Source: Sphagnum compactum
Taxonomy: Eukaryota
Length of the DNA stretch: 64,000 nucleotides
Direction of reading: 5' to 3'
NCBI GenBank assembly: GCA_965153455.1
Contig: OZ234494.1
Span: 10,664,001 to 10,728,000 of the forward strand
The notes beneath the pieces are model-generated. The model was not told where the DNA came from and made no database searches. It saw only the letters and a program-made list of their open reading frames with translations. How positions within the stretch are numbered: position 1 is the stretch's first letter; the number at the start of each line of letters is the position of its first letter. The position numbers were made by a program, and so were the translations under genes. Positions 56,262-64,000 of this stretch are shown piece after piece.

Positions 56262-59200
56262 ATGGAAGTCTGGATGGCCACGTTGTTGTTGGTTGCAGTA
56301 CTGCTGGAAGCTCTACTGTGCAGTCTGTCCACTGTTCCAGGCGTGTCGGCCCAAGCTCCAGGTTTGTGGCCTATTCATACAAACCGTCTCTGGTTTGTGC
56401 ACCCTTGCATAGTATGAACTATGTACTGATCGTGTTCCACTTTGGAAAATTGGGTAGCTCTCAATTTCCTTGTATGCACATGTTTCTTTGAATACGAAAT
56501 ACAAAACTGAATTTCCCAGCAAAATGCGATGAAACTTGAAGAAAAGCATGAACTAGTGTTCAAAGAGTTTGGATTTCTTTGTGGAGACGTGAATCAACGT
56601 TATCTCCTAGTATTTTGACAAAGTATCAATTCTAGGTCATGAAGTTGTGCCTAGAGGTTGATATTTGAGGCCACACATCCTACCTTTTTTTTAACAAAAA
56701 AACAACTATATAACTAAAGCATGAACCAAACAAGGTGCAAATCAAGTAGGCACACTCGTTGGCAACTGGCTTCGCAAGATGTCCGGTACATAATGAACGA
56801 ATCATAGGTCTAGTCCAGCTCTATTCTCTCAAACATCTAAGGTTCACCACTTCAGTTCTCAGCACGCGAGTGGCTCAAGATATAACACAACATGAGTTGA
56901 CTTCATTTTTTATGTTGGCATGCAGGATCCATCTTTGTCGACTGTGGTTCAAACACCAAATATGTAGACAAAGTCACAAATATAACATGGGTCCCTGATG
57001 CACCATATATAACATCTGGTGTAAACGGATACGTCCCTAGCGCTCAGACGAATTATCCAAGCTTCTCTGAATTCACAACCGTGAGATACTTTCCCGATTC
57101 TCATCCCAAAAACTGTTACACCTTTCCAGTATCGCCAAAACAGATGTATCTACTGAGAGGGACATTCTTCTATGGTTCTTATGACAATGCCACCACACTC
57201 CCTAGCTTTTACATGGGTATTGATGGGACTATTGTTGCCAATGTTTCCTTTAATGACGCCAATACATTTGTGTATTATGAATTTAGTTATACATCTCAGC
57301 CAAATAATAATGTGACGTTCTTATGCCTATTACGAGACTCCTCTAAGTCTGTTCCATTTATTTCTGCAATATCTTTCTCACCGTTGCCGAATACTTATTT
57401 TGACTTTGGAGATTATTATTTTGTTTATGCTAGTCTTGAAACCGTCTACGAGACAAAATACAGGTTGAACTTTGGTGGAAATGAAATCATCAGGTGTGTC
57501 AGCCAAATTATGTCGATTCCAAATTTCCTATTGTGCTCTTCATGTACTGATCAAGTTGATATAACTTCATGAAGTGGGGTTAAGTTACTCCTCTAAGAGT
57601 TCTCACCTAATATCATCGAATAAATTACAGCACTTAGAAATCACATAGAATAACAATGTCATTAATGGTGCCACAAAATATGCTTCTTGATTAATGTAAA
57701 TAAATTACCTCTAGTTTGCTGAAGCTTCGAATACACTAAGTATTAATGATCAAAATATTAAACACGCATATTGCATTTATGTTTGATGCATCATAGTCCT
57801 ACTGCCTCTGAATCTTTTGGGAATGATTCCCTTGACCTATGGTTGATTTGCATACAAGTAATCATAGTTTGCTTATCGTTCTATCTTTATAACATTTTTT
57901 TGTTATTGCAGATATCCTGATGATGTTTACGATCGATATTGGTTTCCAGTGCAAGGGTCAAATTCAACATTTGTACAAAGTACCAATATGTCAGGGCTAC
58001 AAAACTTAATGACTAACCTCTCAGTCTTGCTGCCAATGACTGATAAATTCGACGACTTCCCCCCTGACGCAGTCATGCGTACTGCCCTGACTGACACAAA
58101 CGGCAACATGACAATCTCCTTCCCAGACATGAATAGCTATGAAGCGTATCTGTCATTTTACTATGCTGAATTAGATCCAACTGCAAATGGTACTTCACGA
58201 AATTATTATGTAACCACATCTAATTCTTATTATCCCATCTTAGTAAATCCAGTCCTCAACCAGACAATTAGTAACTTAAATGTTTTCAGTTTTCCTAATA
58301 TCGTAACTTTTGGCTTGTTGCCGTATTACGAAGGATGGAATATTCTTCTCTATCCAGACCCCACCAGTCCTCTGGGTTCCTTGGTGAATGCCTTGGAGTT
58401 TTTGGAAGCAGAACCCCCAATGGCTACATTGACAAACCCTCAAGATGGTGAGTTAATCATCTGGCTGTGAGTTCTGGTTTTTGGTTGTCTTTTAGTAATT
58501 TTCATCAGAAGACACCCATGACATTCCACACGAAGGGAATCAGTTTCACATCTCAAGTTAACATGTCAGAGAAAATTATCCATAGTGCAATCTAGTTACT
58601 GTGCTAAATTTAGTGTTGGATCTTCTGATGTTAACTATTGTTTTGTTCGACATTGCCCCTCAAAAAAATCTGAAGTCTGACCTTGTTGATCCAAAAAGTC
58701 TTCAATTGCATCATATTGGCTGATGGCTAGAGCAATGGTTTTCCATTATGAACCATATTACATTACCAAAACAAAGATAAACTACATTCCATAATTTCGA
58801 AATTTTAATCTACAAAATTATTGGGTCAAAGTATTGCTGAAAGTTGTGACAATTAATAGAAACTAGTATGTGATGTGCATGTAGCACTTGCTATTGAGGA
58901 GATAAAGTCAATCTACAACCTTACTGATTGGAGCGGTGATCCCTGTCTTCCATTTCCGCATCCCTGGGTTACATGCGGCTTTGACAGCCAATCCATCCCT
59001 TCAATTATTGGCGTGTGAGTAATTTTCCTATTCAACTATATAACCATTTTATTGACGTTGTTATAGAAGATCACAAACACAGTTTCAATATCTTCACCAA
59101 TTTGCATCTAACTTTTTTCCAATTGAATTTTGATCTATTATTGAATTCAATTCAAAATGCATGCAAACATTCAATTTTCATTTAAATGGAACTTAATTTT

Positions 59201-62200
59201 CACAAAATTAATTCTTTTTTTTTTCATCCATTGATCAGATAATCATCACTTGTAGTGCTAAGCAATGTGAAGCCCAAGTTTGATTAGTATAATGGTTTGT
59301 GAAATACCCCAAACTGGGGACTAAATAAGTGGTCAGGATGAAAATAGTATGAAAAGCCCAGGGCACAAAACTAGTTTCGGACTTAAATTAGTCTTAAGGG
59401 AAGTTTTACCCCCAATTTTGGATTTGCTTTACTTGTGCCTTGGTTGGCTCATATTCTTTGTGGATTAGGCCTTCTAAGAAAAGATTTGTAAATCTTCTAA
59501 ACTGATACCTTCTTTCATGGACTGGTACCCAATTTCGCTTACTTTATAGATACACACAAATTGAGGATGAAGGAGCGGGTAGAAGGTCAAACTGGAATGT
59601 GATTTTACAGATAACAGTTCTTCGCAGGGTTGCACTGTTAGGCCCAGAAAAGGGCACCAAATAGTGCCCGATGGCCGGGGGGGGGGGGGGGGGGGGGATT
59701 TAGCATCTTGCTAATCTAACGGACATAAGCTACTGAAAACTTGTAAACCAGAGATGGCTGATACTATTTCACTCTAGTTTAGGGTCGTGCAGGCTTTCTG
59801 AAACACACCAACAAAGTTTGTTTGTATTTTCAGGTGTCCTTGTTTGTAAGCTCAAGTCCTTGGGCTTAGAGACATGAGCTCTTTTAGTAATTTTATCCTA
59901 GACCAATGACTAGCTTGCCACCAATGATAGTCTCATTTTAAAATTGTCATGTAACCTAGGGGCCCACAATGATTCTTGGGGATTTGAAATACTATGCAAA
60001 ATATCTCACAACTTAGGGGTTATTTTCTCACCTGCGACATTTGGTCACTTTTAGTGTTTCATAGATCTTAGCAAGATTTACTAATCTACACTAGCAATGG
60101 TGATTAACTACTGGTTAACCTCTGGTTAATCATCAATTCTAATCATTTCTTTTTCAAAAATACATATTTTGGTTTTGGTTTGAGTTCTGACACACATAAT
60201 TAGAACCTTGAACCCAACCAATTTTGGGTTCGGTTCTTTAAATATATTATTCCAATTTTGAAAACCAGACCTGATTCTAATGTAATCCTTACTAATTGAA
60301 ACCTAAACTGGAGGTTGCAACTTTAACCTGCCAAACTGAATACCCACCCAATACAGGAAATAACCCTCCTGTTATTGTTGGTACACCATATACACAGGTT
60401 ATTCACAGAGAATAACTGTAATTATACTTCATGTCTTATGTTTTGTATGATGTTATTTTTAGGAATATCAACTTGTGCTTAATACTAATCCATGAACATT
60501 TCACATCCAGGCAAGACTTTCACATCATTCATCTAACTTTTCTAATTGGGACCTCATGTTGTGATGTTTGACAGGAATCTTGCCCATTACAATCTAAGTG
60601 GGCCCATTTCACACGGCTTTAACAACCTTGTGAACCTCATCCAGTTGTAAGTAACCTTCATAAGCAATATTTTATTATCTTTGAGATGGTACCAGGTAGG
60701 AGTCAACATGTGGGATTTTGGTAGGAATTTTTTTAAAAATCGATTCTACCATCTTTATTCACAAGAAATGTTTTTGAGTTCCTCTCTTGCATTTTTGATT
60801 TTATTTTTAAATGCCCTCAAAAAAACCAATGAATGCACATATCCCCTAAAAGGTCTTACTCAATAGGATAATGAACTGAGTTTTTCATATTTATGCCCTT
60901 TGTGATTTGTTTGAAAAATGATTTTTTCAAATTACCCCCATGAGGAAAGTTTGGTTATCTCTTGTTCTTGAGTTTTTTTAAACATCACAAAGGTGATTAT
61001 CAATATTTTCTCCTTAAAAAAGGGAGTAAATAGGATACAATTCTTATTTACATAAAGAAAAGTGTGCTTGAGTAGTTGTTTAAGGCAAACTAAAGTCTTG
61101 AATTGGATAGTAAAGCAATGTTTGAGGTTCAATTTTTTTGATAACTTGAAAGGGGAAACTTTCTCCTTTTTTACTAACAAATCCCCAATGGTCCCACTTT
61201 CCCCTCCAACCACTTAAATCAACGCTGACCCAAATTATGGTGCAAATCATGTCCCTAAAGATAGGGGATTTGCAACCATCTCCCCCACAAGGAAACTTGT
61301 AAATCTTTGTTGGGATTTATCAAAAAATGGATTGTGTAGCAATTACAGGCACTTGGTCTTTCAGTAAACGCCATAAATGTTGGTCTTATGGTTTGAGTGT
61401 AGATGATAGTTGACGTGCATTCATAAATATTCACTTGATCTTGCATTTACCAACATCAACTTCTAATGTAAGACCTTTGATCCAACAATAACTACTCCAA
61501 CATTCAATTCATAATTTAACAACTAATTGGCCATGATGGTAGAAAAAATGGTTGTTATGACCATACAAGAGTATATATTATTTATCTTTATATGGTCATT
61601 GTAAATATTGTAGTTTTAATAATTGCACATTGGTAGTTTTTCAGTGATGGTGTGTTTTCATATGATGTGCAGGGATTTGCAAAATAATGCACTGAATGGT
61701 TCTATACCTATATTAACGCAGTTAACAAGCCTAACAACCTTGTGAGTATACACATCCACCTTATGTAATTTATATGGGATACTCTCATTTTTAAGATTCA
61801 CTAATTGGACATGAAGTAAAGACATGATATCACACCCAATAGGCACTAACATTTTGTCTTATATATATACATTACATCCCTAAAATCTAAATGCTAATTT
61901 CTTTATCCATTGTCCACTAACCTCATTAATACTTTGTAGACAATAAACAATTAAGTCTTTTTTCTGCCACTATAACCTGAATATTTTAGGAACTATTTAA
62001 TATATATTATGTTTTTACATTTTTGTTTTGATAGTTACAATATGCATGGATTCAGGTGTGACCTTTTATTCTCAGATTCTGAAAAGATATTGTGGAACAT
62101 TGTTGTGTTTTGATCTACAATAGGAATTTGCAAAATAATTCTCTAGCTGGGGAGCTTCCATATTGGTTGGTTCAACTACCACATCTATCAGTATTGTGAG

Positions 62201-62972
62201 TATTCTATTATATAGTTTCCACTTCAAAAAGGTTATTTCCATGATATTATGATTTTTTTAATCAACTTAAAAGATTAAACAAGTATTAGTTCATGATTGA
62301 ACCTTCAAATAGGACTTTGAAGCTTAGCACTAATTTTTATATACTTATATGTTTTTTTTGCAATTTCATATTAGTCACGTCATGTAATTGCACAAGCCAA
62401 AGATATAAGACCATCATGGAATAATTTGAATTATTGTACATTTGGATAAAAAAATCCAACAAAGTTGAAAAACTTCAAACAAGTTGTGACATTGGACTTT
62501 CTACAATGTGGAACAGGTTAATACAAAATAACAATTTTAGTGGCCCTATTCCCCCATATTTCATTCCCAACAATGGCACTTGGACTTTCGTGTAAGTAAA
62601 AACAAAGATCCAAAAATTTGGCTCCATCTTCGCATAAACATTTTTCATGCTTGTGAAATAATTTCTTTTGAAACTCATGAATTTATATCCATTGTTTTCA
62701 TTGTCAAGAAAAAGAATGGTTTTGATTCACCAAATTTGACAATTGTGTGTTTGTGAAAACTTGAAGTTATACTCCAGGAAACCTACTCTTGGACTCACCA
62801 ATATCCAATCCCAAATCTACAAATATTGGAATCATAATTGGTCCTATAATAGGTGGCAGCTTAACACTTGTTGTCATCATTTGTGTTATTGTTTATTTTC
62901 AACGTAAAAAAAGGCATGGCAAAACCACCAAACTTAGTGAACATTTGCAAATGATGAAATCTACTCATCGAG
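56262..62972 (+). CDS. Paralogous malectin-like/LRR receptor-like kinase, copy B; exons 1-9 (ectodomain + TM), kinase exons expected beyond the window end
   Basis: Exons: 56262-56361, 56926-57493, 57912-58447, 58885-59014, 60575-60646, 61673-61741, 62124-62195, 62517-62591, 62767-62972. Splice sites and phases match copy A; indels are in-frame (+21 nt in exon 2, +6 nt in exon 3); no stop codons. The window ends inside intron 9. Confidence 0.93.
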
Positions 62973-64000
62973 GTAAGTGAGAAAACACTTTATATTTGGT
63001 AATTGATATTTTGACCTTTTCTAGTCATCACATGTATTTTAAACATTTTAAAAAAACATTTTGAGTGAAAGTGTGGTAAATTGCACAAAATATCATCCCA
63101 AATGGTAGTTTTTCATACTCCCTACAAAGTGTTTATACCAAAAATGTACAAGAACATAATGATATTTGAATGATAAAATCACATTCATGTAGATGAACCT
63201 AACCTTCTAATTCTATGAATGTTTTAAAGTTGGATATGATCACAATGTGCTTTGTTTGCATTAATAATTGTCTGACAAAATAACTTAACATATCACTTGG
63301 TGTTAGTATTATCAAAATTTGATGTTTTGAAAAAAAAACCATTTGTCAACAACTAAGACATCCCAATGTATCCAAAAACTTATAAAATGTGTTTATATAC
63401 TATCACATCAATTTGGGATAATTTGACAAAAAATCGATTCTTAATGAAATCGTCCATTGAAAGGAGTATATCAAAAATTAATATATTGAATTAGACATTT
63501 ATAAAGGAAAATTTCCTACAACCATCCTTGAAGGAATCATGTTGTTGGATTTTTGAAAACCTCAAATCCATGATTACTTGAAATGACTATTATCACTTCA
63601 AAAATGTAATGGGGTAGTTTATTCAAAAAATTGGTGTGTTTTGACATTCACACCAAATTTTCCCAAATTTTGGGAGGCACTAAATCATGATGTCATAAAG
63701 TGATGTACATAAAATTAACTTTGAATTCGTTGAGAAAAATGCATAAGTGCATCTGACAATTTAACATCTTGAAAAATTCAATTTATGAACTTGCTTTAAA
63801 GTTCCACATGTGAACACTCATCTATATAGGTCAATGTAATTTTCCTTGTAAATGAACCACATTTGAAGTATGTCAATGAAAAGATTGTATATAGTTTTGC
63901 ATTAAGTAATGTGAAAAGGTAAAAACATGTATAGGAATTTATTTCACTTCAAATGTGCTGCAATAGAAAATTTTATCAAAATTATAAGAAAAGAAATTTG

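Larger units (their letters stand above)
49560..64000 (+). repeat. Segmental tandem duplication, copy B (continues beyond the window)
   Basis: Colinear with 16815-31270; sequence to the left of 49560 does not match sequence to the left of 16815. Confidence 0.97.

Overview
AT-rich eukaryotic (land-plant) DNA. The repeat families and exon style look bryophyte-like, possibly Sphagnum, but that is a judgement from pattern recognition only. The window is dominated by a direct tandem duplication with a period of about 32.7 kb (shared block ~16815-31270 versus ~49560-64000). Each copy carries a malectin-like/LRR receptor-like kinase gene of the LRR-I type. Copy A is complete: 15 exons at 23587-34745, ~932 aa, with signal peptide, malectin-like ectodomain, 4 single-LRR exons, TM and an RD kinase. 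Copy B is visible from exon 1 to exon 9 (56262-62972) and runs off the window. The strongest signal is extreme amino-acid-changing divergence in exon 3, the second half of the malectin-like domain: by my codon alignment ~38 replacements plus 2 codon indels against 1 silent change. By contrast, a ~1.3 kb stretch spanning the first LRR exon appears identical between the copies. The rest of the window is decayed DNA-transposon sequence (hAT, MULE/SWIM, another DDE-like remnant), several MITEs, a CACTA-ended palindrome, and two oppositely oriented degenerate telomere-like (TTTAGGG/CCCTAAA) arrays between the two genes. I found no rRNA, tRNA or CRISPR. Most ORFs in the supplied track are spurious.
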